DNA of 64,000 bases from Octopus sinensis. Taxonomy: Eukaryota. Below are positions 11,805 through 25,819 of this stretch, piece by piece (positions within the stretch are counted from its first letter, which is position 1; the number at the start of each line of letters is the position of its first letter). The notes under the pieces are model-generated. The model was not told where the DNA came from, made no database searches, and saw nothing but the letters and a program-made list of their open reading frames with translations. The stretch covers positions 16,926,001 to 16,990,000 of the forward strand of contig NC_043014.1 of NCBI RefSeq assembly GCF_006345805.1, in the 5' to 3' direction. Made by a program: the position numbers and the translations under genes.

Positions 11805-14800
11805 CAATAATAATAATAATAATAATGAAATTATTGTATACAGTGCTCAGGTGCACCACAACTTGTCAGAAAGTGCATATAAAGTACATGCAGTAATGTA
11901 GAAATGTCTGGAAAGTGAACATGCTTGTGTGTGTATGGAGGGGAGAAAATCAAGTGTAGTGTTGGCGAATCTCAGGAAGCATGGAAGTCTTGAAGGATGC
12001 AGTGCTCCGACAACTAACAACCGATGCCGGCAGTTTGTTCCACGCTTCAGCAACTCTCAGCATGAAAAAATGTTTCCTGAAGTCATGGGAGCTGTGCTGT
12101 TTTCTTACTTTGTAAATATGTCCACGGGTGTTAGATGGGTGGAGTTTGAAGAGGTGCTCAGTGTTATTGTTTGTGCGATGGTTGATAATTTTATGGGTGT
12201 CTGCCAGGTCAGCTGCCAGACGTCGGAGTTTCAATGTGTCCATGCCCAGGGAAGTAAGGCGTTCAGGATATGGCAAATGCCTGATGGAGGGTATTCTTTT
12301 GGTTGCACGTCGCTGAACAGCTTCTAGACGATTGATGTCCTGGGCAAGATAGGGGTTCCAGACCGGTGATGCAAATTCCAGGTGAGGTCTTACCATAGCT
12401 ATATAAAGCCGCAGATAGATAGCCAGAGAGCGGCTCACAAAGGATTTGGTAAGTGATGCCAAGACACCCTCAGCCTTCTTGACAATTTTGGTGATGTGTT
12501 TTGTCCAACGCAAATCACTGTCGACAATAATACCCAGGTCACGTTCACTTGAAGACTTTTTGAGACTAGTGTTGTGGAGGGAGTAGGTGGACGCTGGGTT
12601 TCTCCTCCCAAAATGCATGGTGGTACATTTGTCCACAGCCAGCTTGAGTTGCCGGTCCATGATCCACTGCTGCATTGTGTCCAGGTCTGCTTGCAATAGA
12701 GATCCATAGTGTATAGGATTTGACCTCTTTATTTCGAGGTACAGCTTGATGTCATCTGCATATTTCAGCATTGTGGCATTCTTTAAGTTGGCATCTATGT
12801 CATTAACATATGCAACAAATAAAAGGGGGCCAAGAACAGATCCCTGCGGCACACCAGATGTCATCTCATAGGGCGAAGAGTGCTGTCCTAGAACTGTGAC
12901 AACCTCTTTTCGGCCGAAAATAAAGGACTTTAACCAGTTATAGAGTTCGTCTCTTACACCCAACGCAGAAAGCTTCACCATAAGTCTTTTGTGTGGCACA
13001 GAGTTAAAAGCCTTAGCAAAGTCCAGGTAAACAACATCCACCCAGGATCCGCGATCAGTGATTTGGGTAACATCCTCAAGAAACTCGATGAGTTGATTAC
13101 AGCAGCTGGAGTTAGGAATAAATCCGAATTGTGACGGCTGGATGAGGCTATGAGACTTCCAGAAGTTCCAGAGGGTTTTTCTGATACAGGATTCCATCAG
13201 TTTGGCGATGCAGCTGGTAAGACTGACGGGGCGATAGTTGACAGGCGATGTGTGGTCGCCTTTTTTGAACAGAGGGATGACACTGGCAGTTTTCCACTGT
13301 TCTGGAGTAACACCATTGTCAAGACAGAATTGGAAGAGTAGAGAAAGTTGGCTTAGAAGAAAGTACCCACCGCATTTGAGAAGTAGGTATGTAACACCAT
13401 CGAGACCAGGAGAGGCATAATTACGTTTATTCTTTAGGTGGCGTTGCAGCATTGCTGGTGTAAATTGCATAGAAGATATATATAGAGTCCGATGTCAGTG
13501 GTGATGATGATGGAACATTTTGGTCTTCGACAGTAAAGATGCCGGCATAGCATCCAGCAATGATTTCTGCACATTCTTCGGGATTGCCAGTAATCTGTCC
13601 TGTGTGGGGATTGCGAAGGGGACCAACAGGAGAGTGGGGTCTCTGCTTTGAGTGCACATACTTCCAGAACCCTTTGCTGTCAGGGTTAGCTGCAATGCGT
13701 TGTTCAAATTCAAGCACTGCCTTTTTTGTCACCTGCTTGAGGTCCCAAGTTGACCTATTTTGGCTGACCTATTGCGCTTTTTCCTGTTGCTCTCTGATTT
13801 GTGCAATTTGTATTCCCATTCAGCATTACGGCGTTCTTTCCTGGCAAGTCGGACTGCTGCAGTCTCACAAATTGCACTATTGGGTGGTTTTTTGTGCTTG
13901 CATTGTACTGATGCTGCACATGCTGCCCATATTGAATTCAGAATGTTCTGGAGTATAGTGTCCACATCTCCAGAGGCATAAAATTCGTGCCAGTTCGGGC
14001 GTTGCAGCTCAGTACAATAAGAGCTCCAGCTTGCTTTATTCTAGTCAAAGCGGGCAATCTGAAGATGGTTGTGTTTTTTGTTACAACCAATCAGAGACAA
14101 GTCGGCCATGATCATGGAATGATCAGAGTCACCCAAAGGTTCTTCGGTAGCGACACTAATGATTGTTTCAGGAGAAGCGGTAAGTAGCAGATCCAAAGTG
14201 TTGTTACCCCTTGTGGGGGAGGTAACAACTTGGGACCAATTCGAATTCAGCACCAGTTCAAGGAAATCATCTGCACTTTGCGGCCAACGGAAGGCCTCCC
14301 AGTCGATCTCAGGGAAATTGAAGTCCCCCGCAACATACACATATGTGGCTGTTTTCATGGCAGCCGCCCTGAGGATATCAAAAAGCTGTGTGTCTTGGCG
14401 ATAATTTGGAGGACGGTAAACGACTCCGAGCAGAAGTGTTGACATGGTCATGTGTACATTGCAGAAAAATACCTCCTGCTGAGATTGGTTCAAATCATCA
14501 CAGGGATTGCCGATAGACTTGATCGAACATAAATCATCACACCACCCCTCCACGCGGCGATTAATGCGGTCTTTGCGGAACAGGTTGTAGCCGGCTATGC
14601 TGAAAACTCCATCACAGAGTGCAGAGTGTGCCCACGTTTCCGTGACTGTGATGAAATCTGGGTTGATACTTTTGACGTAGGAGACAAAAAGATGCACCTT
14701 GTTACATAAACTACGGGCATTCAAGGACAGCAGTTTATATCTGGATTTCAGATGATGATATACAGGGGATGGCTGATTGTTCTTGGTTAGTTTCCCAAGA

Positions 14801-16260
14801 TTTTTGCATTGCCAGTTGTTGTTGTGGGTGTAGTCTGCTCAGTCCAACTGGCATCCCTTATCCACGACTCACCAGACTTGACGAATTTCCAGATCTGCCC
14901 ATCATCGCGGAGGCTAAAACTCTCCCGTGGCACAGAGTTGCGATTTAGGGAAGCCATGGATCTTATCTTTGGGCGTACATCGGGTGGTAGGCCAGGACGT
15001 GTTCTAAAGTTGATAATGTTGTCACGCCGAGCTCTGTCAGCAGCCAGATGGAATGTCCGCGCCTCAGTAGAGCCCGTAAACAACAGCCTGATCAGCCTGG
15101 GTTTGGATCCCGGTCGGCCAAGGCGGGAAGCACTTTTTGGAGGGACACAGCTGAGATCCCTAGCTGTGTTTCCAATGAATGCCTGCAGATCTGCCACATC
15201 TTCCGGCACTCCGATTGCTATTTATTCATGAGTGGCCGGTTCAGCAACTCCCTCGATGCGTTGAGGTTCTGTACGAGCTACAGGTAAGTTGCTGAGCAGG
15301 GCACTCCTATATGACCCTTCGCTGCGAGTTTTTGGACAGACACTGGTTCTGAGTCCTGCTACCTCACGACTCAAAGCGGAAATCATTCGTCTAATTTCTG
15401 CAACTTCTGTGCTGATGGTCGATCTCCGTTTTAGTTGGGAAGCATCAGGAGAGGAGGGCATGGTTGGTTTTTGTACCTGCTGATGTACTTCGGCTGGAAT
15501 GATTAATTTTTGTTGTCCAAGAGCAATAAGGGAGGAAGGCATAGGGGGTTTAAGTTTCTGTTTTTGTTGTTCATCAACATGAATGGCCGATTTTTGTTGC
15601 TGCTGTTGAAGAGTGACAGGGGAGGAAGACACGGGCGGATTCAGTTTTTGCTGTTGTTCTTTATCAACAGGGCTGGTTTTGGGAGACAAAGTAGTCGGTT
15701 TTTGCTGTTCAGCAGCAATGGCAGCGGAGGACACGGTTGTCGGGTTTTGTTGCTGTTCAGCAGCAATGGTGGCAGGGGACACACAAGTCGCCACACAAGT
15801 CAGGCAATGAAACGACCAGTTTGGTAGCTGGACCATTTCCCAGAGTTTATCCATCATAGAAGTATGGTGTCCTTTCTTTTGACCTGGGATCTTCTGAAAG
15901 TTTGTGGCACATTGAAAGCAGATCGAAACACGACAGTTACTGCATTCAACCCATCTATTTCGGAAGGAATTTTCGAGTTTTGTGCATAGATGACAGATGT
16001 GATTTGCCGGGCAACGTTCTTATTGTAGGACAGCGACCAGTTTTGTCGCATGGCTCATCCGCGGATGATACCGTGGCAGTTTTGTTCTGTCTGCCCATCC
16101 GTACTGTGGTGCAAGGTAAACAAAGAAAGGAAGAAGAAGAAAAAAAGTGAAGATACAGATAAATGAGATGTTATTATTTGTTGTTGTTATGCTGTTAGCT
16201 GTTTTCGCTTTCCACATTGGTTGGTGTGTTTATAATGCACGCACTTGTTAGGGAATTCCA
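11805..16260 (-). mobile_element. Near full-length CR1-type LINE (ORF1 with PHD-like finger; ORF2 APE-EN plus RT), disrupted
   Basis: ORF1 ~16058-14787 with CHLC..WVECSNC..ICFQC..FHCLTC. EN at 14724-14041 (NARSL, ITVTETW, YRPP, GDFN, TLDL, SDH). RT at 13470-11950 (YLDFAKAF, GVPQGS, YADD, TRGH..HFF..RV..WNKLP). (ATT)n tail at 11805-11826. The 5' boundary is approximate. Confidence 0.92.
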
Positions 16261-17759
16261 CACACGGTTAATTCATTTGACGTGGAGGGGGCTGAGGGAT
16301 GTTTTTACTGTAATTTCTCTTTTCTCCCAACACAGAGAAAGAAAGGGATACGGGGAGAAACATCTCGGTGTCATCATCAACTTGTAGCGATAGTAGTAGC
16401 AGCAGTAAATTCTGATAGCAGCGGTAGTAATAGCTGTAGCAGCAGCTACTGTTTTCATAAAGTGAGATGAAGAACGGTCGGTCAAAGAGAGTTCAAATGT
16501 TTACTATGGTGTTGATAGAACTAGCAAACAGTGACCTTGACTTTGAGAGAAATCAAGGATGGGCAGACTATAAACAGTACTTGTGAATAGGGTTGTGGAC
16601 GAACAGAGTGAAACTATAGAGAGTATTGTTTCTTTTTTCTTTTTTTTTTGTGTTTTGCCCCTTATTCTCCACGTGTTTTATTACTGTGATCAAGAAGAAA
16701 ATAAAGGTTAGCAGGTGTTTACGTCCATAATTTTAGCGTGCATTTAATTGTGCTGTTACAATAAAGGCATTTTTACATAATCTGATACTCAAGGAAGAGG
16801 TGACGACAAAATGTTCACGCAAAAAATGGAAGTATTTATGATCCTAAAACTTTTGTCCTAATGGTATGTGCAATGCCAGTAAATCTGGATGGCCAACTCC
16901 ATGTAGGAGAAAACTGCTCAATTGGTTTGATGCCATTCTCCACTAAAACCTAGTTTGTTCCAAAGACGAGCTGAAGAATCCAGAATATTCTGTTCCCAGA
17001 GTAAAAACCATGTAAAAGGGAAACATGGACAGAGGAAAAGGTTTTGTTCTGATTTTAGGGCCACAAGAGGAAGGTCTGTTCTGTTGGGGTGAGTGTGTGG
17101 AAAAAGGGCCATGTTCTGTGGGCAGCAACGTTTATAAAGGGGCCTTCACTGATTAGATGGATGGGCACTCCATCGATTATGATGACGAGGGTTCCAGTTG
17201 TTCCGATCAATGGAACACCCTGCTCGTGAAATTAATGTGCAAGTGGCTGAGCACTCCACAGACATATGTACCCTTAACGTAGTTCTCAGGGAGATTCAGT
17301 GTGACACAGAATGTGACAAGGCTGGCCCTTTGAATTACAGGTACAACTCATTTTGCCAGCTGAGTGGACTGGAGCAATGTGAAATAAAGTGTCTTGCTCA
17401 AGGAGACATTGTGCTGCCAGGTATTGAACTCACAACCATACGATTATGAGCTGAACACCCTTGCACTGAGATCAAATCACAACCCTGGATATAAAATAAA
17501 GTTCACTGAAATCAACTGTTGTTTATTTAGCCCCAGGTTAGTCAAGATCTTGCAGTGACCTTTAAACTGTTTTATGTGGACATATGCAAGTACATATCTA
17601 TATCCATACATGTACTTTATTTATGTACTTTATTTATGTACATATGTATGAACATAAATATCTATGGGTGTACATACAGACATGTGTATATATATGTGTA
17701 CATACAGATGTATGTATGTGTGAGTGTGTATATAAGTGTGTCTATGTATGTTTGTGTCT

Positions 17760-19185
17760 ATACTTTGATACTTTGATAGGTTTCGGCCATTATTGGCCCA
17801 GGCCATGTCTAACTTAATAGCACCACCTGGTGAAGTCTTTCAAGTCAGAATTTGGGCACTATGGTCCACTCAAGTAGAGAGTTATTGTTTACAGAGACAT
17901 ATCCGGGTGTAGGGGGTTTATCCGGGATTTCTTGAAGGAATCTGTCCAAAGACTTCTTGAACCCTATAGGGTCAGTTTCTGTTTTAATGTGTTTTGGTGT
18001 AATGTTAAAGAGAGCGGGGACAATTGAGGTGAAATAATTGTGCCGTATTGTTGTTATGAGATGAGAGTGCAATTTTTGTTTTGGGCGGATGGCACGGGGC
18101 CCAAGCCTTGGATGTACCTTAAAGGTGATGCCAACATCATTTGGGCAATGCTGATGGAATATTTTCCACATCATGCAGATGATGTAGCGCTCACGACGAC
18201 GTTGGAGAGAATAAAGTTTTAGCTTTTCTAGTCGACCCCAATAGTCGAGGCCTGTCATGCCATCTGTCTTTTTTGTGATTGCCCTTTGAGCTCCTTCAAC
18301 TTTTATGATACCTTGTATTGTGTGGGGAGACCACAGTGGACAACAGTATTCAAGGTGGGGTCGGGCAAAAGTGGAGATGAGAAGGATAATGGTGTGGATA
18401 TCTCTCGACTGGAAAGTTCTGAGAATCCAGGAACACATTCTGCGGGCCATGTCAACTTTGGTGTTTATATGAGTGGCCCAGCTTATGTTGTTGTCCACAA
18501 TTACTCCCAAGTCTCTGATGTTGTTGGACGCCGCGAGAGTTTCACCTGAAGGAAGGGGGTATGGGAGTTTCAGGGCATCCTCTTTTCCAAAGTGGATTAA
18601 CTCAAATTTATCTTCGTTCAGCAGCATATTGTTTTTTTCTGCCCATTGGATAACAGCCAGTAGATCTGACTGAAGGCATGTCCGGTCACTCGCCTCATTT
18701 ATGACCTTCTGTAGCTTGGAATCATCTGCAAAGATTTTTATGTTGCTGTGCTTGATGATGTCATTAATGTCGTTAATGTAAATGATGAAAAGAAGTGGGC
18801 CCAGCACAGTGCCTTGCAGAACGCCACTACTGACTTTGGCTGGGCTTGATTTTACCCCTTCAACTACAACATGTTGAGATCTGTCTGTCAGGAAGCACTT
18901 GATCCATTTCAGTAACTTTCCAGAGACACCAATGTTGGATAGTTTTTTCAATAGGATCTTGTGATCGACCCTGTCGAAGGCCTTACTGAAATCAAGGTAG
19001 ATGACATCGGTGTTGGAGCCCTCTCCCAAAGCTCTCAAAATGTCATCAAAGTGATGCAGGAGCTGCGTTAGGCAGTCCCTTCCATTACGGAACCCATGTT
19101 GGTTGGAGATCAGCCGTCTGTTGCTTTCCAGAAATTGGGTTATTCGAGATCTCACCACCCTCTCAAATACCTTGATGATATGAGA
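17760..19185 (-). mobile_element. 5'-truncated CR1/L2-group LINE with an intact 437-aa RT ORF
   Basis: QHGFR, YLDFSKAFD, GVLQGT, FADD, RPHLEYC, SLQRRRER; short 3'UTR ending in (TATCAAAG)-like repeats. Confidence 0.92.
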
Positions 19186-22029
19186 GGTGAGTGTGTATAT
19201 ATGTGTGTATGCATGTACATACAGACATGTATGTATGCCTTATATTTAAGTTTTTCTACAACAGCACCTTATGGTGTGTATAAGATAGGGGAGTGTATAG
19301 TGAGAGAAAATAAAATGATTTTGGGTAGAATTGATAGTTGCTTCTGACTAGCTGTGATGTACCCTAGGGGAAACTGAAGTTAGGTTGATATACGTTAGGG
19401 GTGGATGAAGTATTTTGATGTCTACTTACTTGTCAGGTAGAATCAGTCAGTGTGATAGTGTGAATAAGTGGATGGGTATCTTACAGATACTGTTAATGGG
19501 GTGGGTGTGTTATAGGTAGGGGTAGAGGTACAGTGGTGGGGATGATGGAGGTAGTGTGAGGGTGTTAGGAATATTGGAAATGGTAGGGTTAGTGGGGGTA
19601 CTAGAGGTGGTGGTGGTTCAATGGTGCCATAGGTATTGTTGTCTGGTACTAAATCCTCTCATGGCGACACACCCTCGATACCAACCAGCTGACCGTTACC
19701 ATTAACAACAACATTATCATCTTGTTAATGTAGTTTCTGGCACAATCTGTATTATTGACTGACAATCAGTGGTGACATTAATACACACACACATACACAG
19801 AGGGGTATGTGTGTGTATTGATACAGTTGCTTCTGAATAGTTGTGTTATTGTGCTATACTCCAGGGTATATCACAACTGTGATATGCTCCAAGGGTAGCT
19901 GAAGTTAGTTTGATATACGCAAGTGGTAACTGAAGTTAGGTTTATATACCCCTGGGGTATATATACCAACCTCTATGTGTTTGTGTGTATGCATGTGTGC
20001 ACTTCTCTTTCTCTCTGTCTGTCTGTCTAATTACCTACCTACCTACTTACCTACCTACCTGTCAATCTATCTATTCAGTCCCCACCATTCTATGAACACA
20101 TTTTAGGGTAGTGAGGACTCTGTATCCTTAGAAGGGTCAGAGGTCACTTCAGTGATACTGGTGCCAAAATAAAACCCATCAAGGGACACTCTGTGAAGTG
20201 GTCGGAGATAGGAAGGACATGGCAGCAGCCGTAGAAAGCCAAGTTCAAAAGGAAACAAATGAATTGTTGTCTTCTGACTAAAATCTAATCATACAGTATT
20301 GTTGTATAAGAACTGACTTGGATTGTGATGAGCTGTCCAACCCATGACAGCATGGGAAGCAGATGTTAAATAGTGATGATGATGATGATATATTTGTATA
20401 TGCAAATATAGATATACGTGTGTGGGCGTGTGTGTATATATATATGTGTGTGTGTTTATATGTATGCATGCATATATGTTTGTGTGTATATGTGTGTGTG
20501 TATGTATGCATGTATGTATATATGTATTGTATAAAATGACATATAAGCCATCAAGTTCGCTGGCAGCAAATATTGGCCCTGTGCCACCAAAGGTTCGCGT
20601 AAATTCTTCAATGGTTCATGTTTCTCCAAGATTACTAACAATCTACACAACATTCCCTTCTACTTCCTCTCTCTCTCTTACACAATCATCATCATCATCA
20701 TCATTTTTACATCTACTTTTCTATGCTTGCATGGGTTAGGTGGAATTAACTGAGGCAGATTTTCTACAGCCAGATGCCCTTCCTGTCACCAACCCTCACC
20801 TGTTTCCAAGCAAGATAATATTCCCCCCCCCAGCCCAGACCAGACATGTCTTTGCAGAAGATTGGAATTGAATGACACTGCTTGTATGACAGTGACACTC
20901 GTTTACAACTATCATGTGATGTCAACACAAGGAGACACTAACACACATACACACACACATGTATATGTATATGTGTGTGTGTGTGTGTGTGCATATATAG
21001 AACAGGCTTCTTTCAGTTTCTGTCTACCAAATTCATTCACAAGGCTTTGGTTAGACCCAGGTTATTTTAGAAGACACTAGCCCAAGGTGCCACACAGTGG
21101 GACTGAACCCAAAACCATGCGGTTCAGAAGCAAACTTCTTACCACTGTACACCATGACTATATATATATATATATACGAGTGAGTAGACAGCCGAAAGAA
21201 TAGGGCACTCAACACATTTAGTAGGAGTTACATGTATTATTCAAAACAGTTTGATTCACACCCATAGAGTTTCGCAGAGCGCTGCACGAGTGTCTGACTC
21301 ATTCAGATTCTGGGTCACGTATGTGTGTATTATTTTGATCCCAGAATGTTTTTAATTAATCTTGAAAGTCTGTTTATAAGATGTTTTCTACAGCTTCATA
21401 ACAGAAATACTGTACATTACAATTGTGTGGTACCCAGGGGGTAGCCCCTGTGGGGTATATTGAGGGAATACAACTCAAACAGTGGCTTCTGAGTGGCTGT
21501 GGTTGGTTCAGATATACCCAAGCATACACACTGTATTAGCATAGTCTTATATATACCCTTACCCTCACACACATCATATTATGTATACATACATGTATTA
21601 TATACACACGACATATACACTCATATACTAAGTAGATACATATAAACATCACACACGCACATATATATATGTATTATTGATGTACATACATAAGTATGCA
21701 CACACATAAATACACACATACACACACGTATATATACATGCATGTATATACACCGTCATACATATACACATGTATATACACCAACTGTCACCCCTGTTTA
21801 GAAAGAGGGAAGTTTCACTTCAAACATCTTTGTCTATTTAGAGAAGGTGGGGGTGGGATGGGATGGGGTGAAGGTTGGTGATGTGGTGGTGGGTGTCTTG
21901 TTATGGGTTGCAGTGTGTATAGTGTGTATATACCTTCATCACATTCCATGTATGTTTATATGGTTTTAAGAATGTTTATGTATGTGACTATGTTTATCAA
22001 AGGCTTCATAGTCTCTCTCTCTCTCTTTC

Positions 22030-22093
<64 letters not shown>

Positions 22094-22516
22094 TACATAA
22101 TGCAAAGTAAAACAGTGTAAACAGTTTTAAAAAAGTAACACAAAGAACACAATACCATGATATATATACTGTATATATATATGACAAAGCCATTAGTGCA
22201 AGGAGACAGGCCTGGAAAGCCTGGAGGGATGGGGGTAGCAGGGAACTGTACCAGGTAGCCAAAAGGGAGGCTGGGCGGCAGGTATACATAGCCAAAGATG
22301 TAGCAGAATAGAAGAAGTTTGCCAATGTCCAGCGACGTGAGGACCAAAGAGCTGAGGTATTTCGGATTGCCAGACAGTGTGTGAGAGAAAATACTGATGT
22401 TACAGTAGAGAAATGTGTCCGCATGTACGATGGGGCACTTGCTTTTAATGTTGGTGAAAAGAAAGAGGCTTGGAGAAGCCATTATGAAAGACTGCTGAAT
22501 GAGGAGAATGAATGGG

Positions 22517-23027
22517 TCGCGCCAAGGGTGGGGCCTACTTTGATGATGAGCAGCGTCTGCTGTGACTGAACAGTCCAATTCTAGAGTGGCAGTCCCTGGT
22601 ACAGTTGCTGCACACGAACATCGATGGGTACGTGTGGGGTGTTGCTGCAGTTGTCCTCCTCCTGTCCCGCCTGTCCGACCACTGCTGTGCTCTCCTTTCC
22701 TCAGCCATGGAAACGCCTTTCCGCACTGTCCGACGCCAGGCAGAGCGGTCAGCAGCTGTTACCTCCCACGTGTCCAACAGATGTTGGCAGTCCTCAGGTC
22801 GCGCTTGCACACGTCCCTGTATCGTAGCTGTGGACGTCCCTTTGGTCGGGATCCCGTGGTGAGTTCGCTGTACAGGATGTCTTTAGGCATGCGACCGTCC
22901 TGCATGCGGCAGATGTGTCCGAGCCAGCGCAGTCATCTCCGCACGAGGAGGGCATGCATGCTTGGCATATTAGTCTGTTCTAGGATGACTCCGTTTGGTA
23001 CTCGGTCCTTCCAGGAGATGCCATATG
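22517..23027 (-). mobile_element. 3' fragment of a different RTE (BovB-like) LINE with a C2H2 finger
   Basis: LRWLGHICRMQDGRMPKDILYSEL..GRP; AADRSAWR...FVCSNCTRDCHSRIGLFSHSRRC. Confidence 0.85.
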
Positions 23028-23122
23028 TAATGGACAATTAAAATTAAAACAACAACAATCATGAGGACGTACATATAGAATGTATTGGATTCACACTCAG
23101 TATAAGATGGAAAAAAAGTATA

Positions 23123-23154
23123 TTTACGTTTCGAGCATGGCTCTTCGTCGGAAA
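23123..23154 (-). ncRNA. Minimal hammerhead-like motif in a PLE pLTR-like fragment (23028-23235)
   Basis: Minus strand ttt-CCGACGA-a-gagc-cat-gctc-GAAA-cGTA-aa; stem I is very short. A decayed relative lies at ~42675-42703 (+). Confidence 0.6.
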
Positions 23155-25819
23155 GAGGAGAGAAAAAAATCTGGAGAGAATGGAAACAAATCCGTGGAAC
23201 ACGTGTGCCTACATGATGGATAATGGCGGAAATATCTATATATCTATCTATCTATCTATATATATATACATATATATATACATATAGGAGGAGAGCCTGC
23301 CAAATGTTGACCCAGTAGAGGGACCAGCTATCCAAATAGACAGCTCCCTTGTAGTTAAGGCAATTAAGGGTATGAAACCAAGTAAAGCCCCCAGCCCATC
23401 AGGTATCACTGCTGAGATGCTTAAAACAGCTGGTTATGTGGGCTATGGCCTAGTCACCCATATTGTTAACCAGGTAGTTCATAATGGAGTCATACCCAAT
23501 GACTGGCGTAGCAGCACCATAGTCAACTGCTACAAGGGTAAGGGTGATGCTCTAGATAGAAATAACTACAGGGGTATTAAACTGTTGGATCAGGTGATGA
23601 AGGTCACAGAGAGGGTCATAACCCATCTCATTAGGGAGAGAATTTGCTTAGATGAGATGCAGTTCAGTTTTGTGCCAGGTAGAAGCACCACTGATGCTAT
23701 ATTCCTGGTCCGACAACTGCAGAAGTACCTAGCTAAAGATAAACCCCTCTACATAGCTTTTGTGGACTTGGAGAAAGCCTTTGACAGGGTCCCCCGATCC
23801 CTTATCTGGTGGTCAATGCAGAAACTGGAGATTGACGAATGGCTAATAAGGGCTGTACAGGCTCTATACAGAGAGGCTGTCAGCAAGGTTAGGATTGGCA
23901 ACGAATATAGTGAAGAATTCCGGGTAGAAGTAGGTGTACACCAAGGCTCAGCCCTCAGTCCCCTTTTATTCATCATAGTCCTCCAGGCAATAACAGAGGA
24001 ATTCAAAACAGGATGCCCCTGGGAGCTCCTCTATGCTGATGACCTGGCTCTCATAGCAGAATCACTACCGGAACTAGAAAAGAAATTTCGGGTGTGGAAA
24101 CAAGGGTTAGAATCAAAGGGCCTTAGAGTAAATGTAGCAAAGACCAAAGTTATAGTAAGCAGAAAGGCGAACTCAGCACACACCCCATCGGGCAGGTGGC
24201 CCTGCTTGATCTGTAGGAAAGGTGTAGGTAGAAACTCCATAAGATGCACCCAATGTAAGCTATGGACGCATAAGAGGTGCAGCAACATCAAAGGGAAATT
24301 AACTGATAAGATAGCTTTCATGTGCGGCAGATGCACAGGGACAATAGACACCACAGACACTCAGAAAACAGATTCCATCACACTCCAGGGGGAGAAACTA
24401 GAAGTAGTTGATAGTTTCCGCTACCTGGGTGACCAAGTTAGTAGTGGAGGTGGATGCTCAGAGAGTATCACCACTAGAATACGAATAGCCTGGGCAAAGT
24501 TCAGAAAGCTCCTACCCCTACTGGCGACAAAGGGTCTCTCGCTCAAAGTGAAAGGTAGATTGTATGATGCATGTGTGTGAACTGCCATGCTTCATGGTAG
24601 TGAAACATGGGCTGTGACTGCAGAGGACATGCGTAGACTTGAAAGAAATGAAGCTAGCATGATCCGCTGGATGTTTAATGTCAGTGTGAATGCACGACAG
24701 AGTGTAAGCACCCTGAGAGAAATGCTAGGCATAAGAAGCATCAGATGCGGTGTGCAAGAGCGACGCTTGCGATGGTATGGTCATGTACTGCGGATGGATG
24801 AGGAGAGATGTGTGAAGAAGTGCCACTCCCGAACAGTTGAAGGAATCAGGGGGAGAGGTAGACCCAGGAACACATGGGATGAGGTAGTCAAGCATGATCT
24901 CAGAGCGTTGGGCCTCACTGAGGCAATGGCGAAGGACCGAGATCTCTAGAGATATGCTGTGACTGCAAAGACCCGGGCTGCATCCTGCACCAGTTCCGCA
25001 TAGCCCCTGCCCATTCAAAGTACCCTGGATCCCAGAACGTCCCGCTGTGCTTGAGGAGACCTGTTGAGTCAAGTACATGAACATCGAAATAAATATCAAT
25101 GGAAATAGTAGTTGTGATACCTGTGCCGGTGGCACATAAAATGCACCATCCGTACGTGGCCGTTGCCAGCGCCGCCTCGACTGGCTTCTGTGTCAGTAGC
25201 ACATAAAAAGCACCATCCGAACGTGGCGATGCCAGCAATGCCCCGACTGGCTTCTGTGCCGGTGGCACATAAAAAGCACCATCCGAACGTGGCCAATGCC
25301 AGCCCCGCCTCGACTGGCTTCCATGCCAGTAGCACATAAAAAGCACCAACCGATCGTGGCCGATGCCAGACCCCTCTGGCACCTGTGCAGGTGGCACGTA
25401 AAAAGCACCATCCGAACGTGACCAATGCCAACCCCGCCTCAAATGGCTTCTGTGCCGGTGGCACATAAAAAGCACCATCCGAACGTGGCCGATTCCAGCC
25501 CCGCCTCGACTGGCTTCTGTTCCGGTGGCACATAAAAGACACCAACCGATCGTGGCTGATGCCAGACCCCTCTGGCACCAGTGCAGGTGGCACGTAAAAA
25601 GCACCCACTACACTCGTGGAGTGGTTGGTGTTAGGAAGGGCATCCAGCTGTAGAAACACTGCCAGATCAGACTGGAGCCTGGTGCAGCCCCTGGCTTCCC
25701 AGACCCCGGTCGAACCGTCCAACCCGTGCTAGCGCGGAAAACGGACGTTAAACGATGATGATGATGATGATAATGATGATACATACATAGATAGATATAT
25801 ACATATACATACATATATA

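Larger units (their letters stand above)
22183..25780 (+). mobile_element. RTE-clade LINE interrupted at ~22516-23286 by a composite insertion
   Basis: 5' part ends ...YERLLNEENEW and resumes at EESLPNVDPVEGP (23287). RT ORF 23372-24580, C-terminus to 24949, ~61-bp VNTR at 25120-25600 and (TGA)n tail. Confidence 0.93.

Noticed and set aside
21262-21316. Minus-strand hammerhead-like motif (ctgaatga...gcgaaactcta)
   Set aside because: The core has an insertion and the stems are weak; at most a decayed PLE relic.
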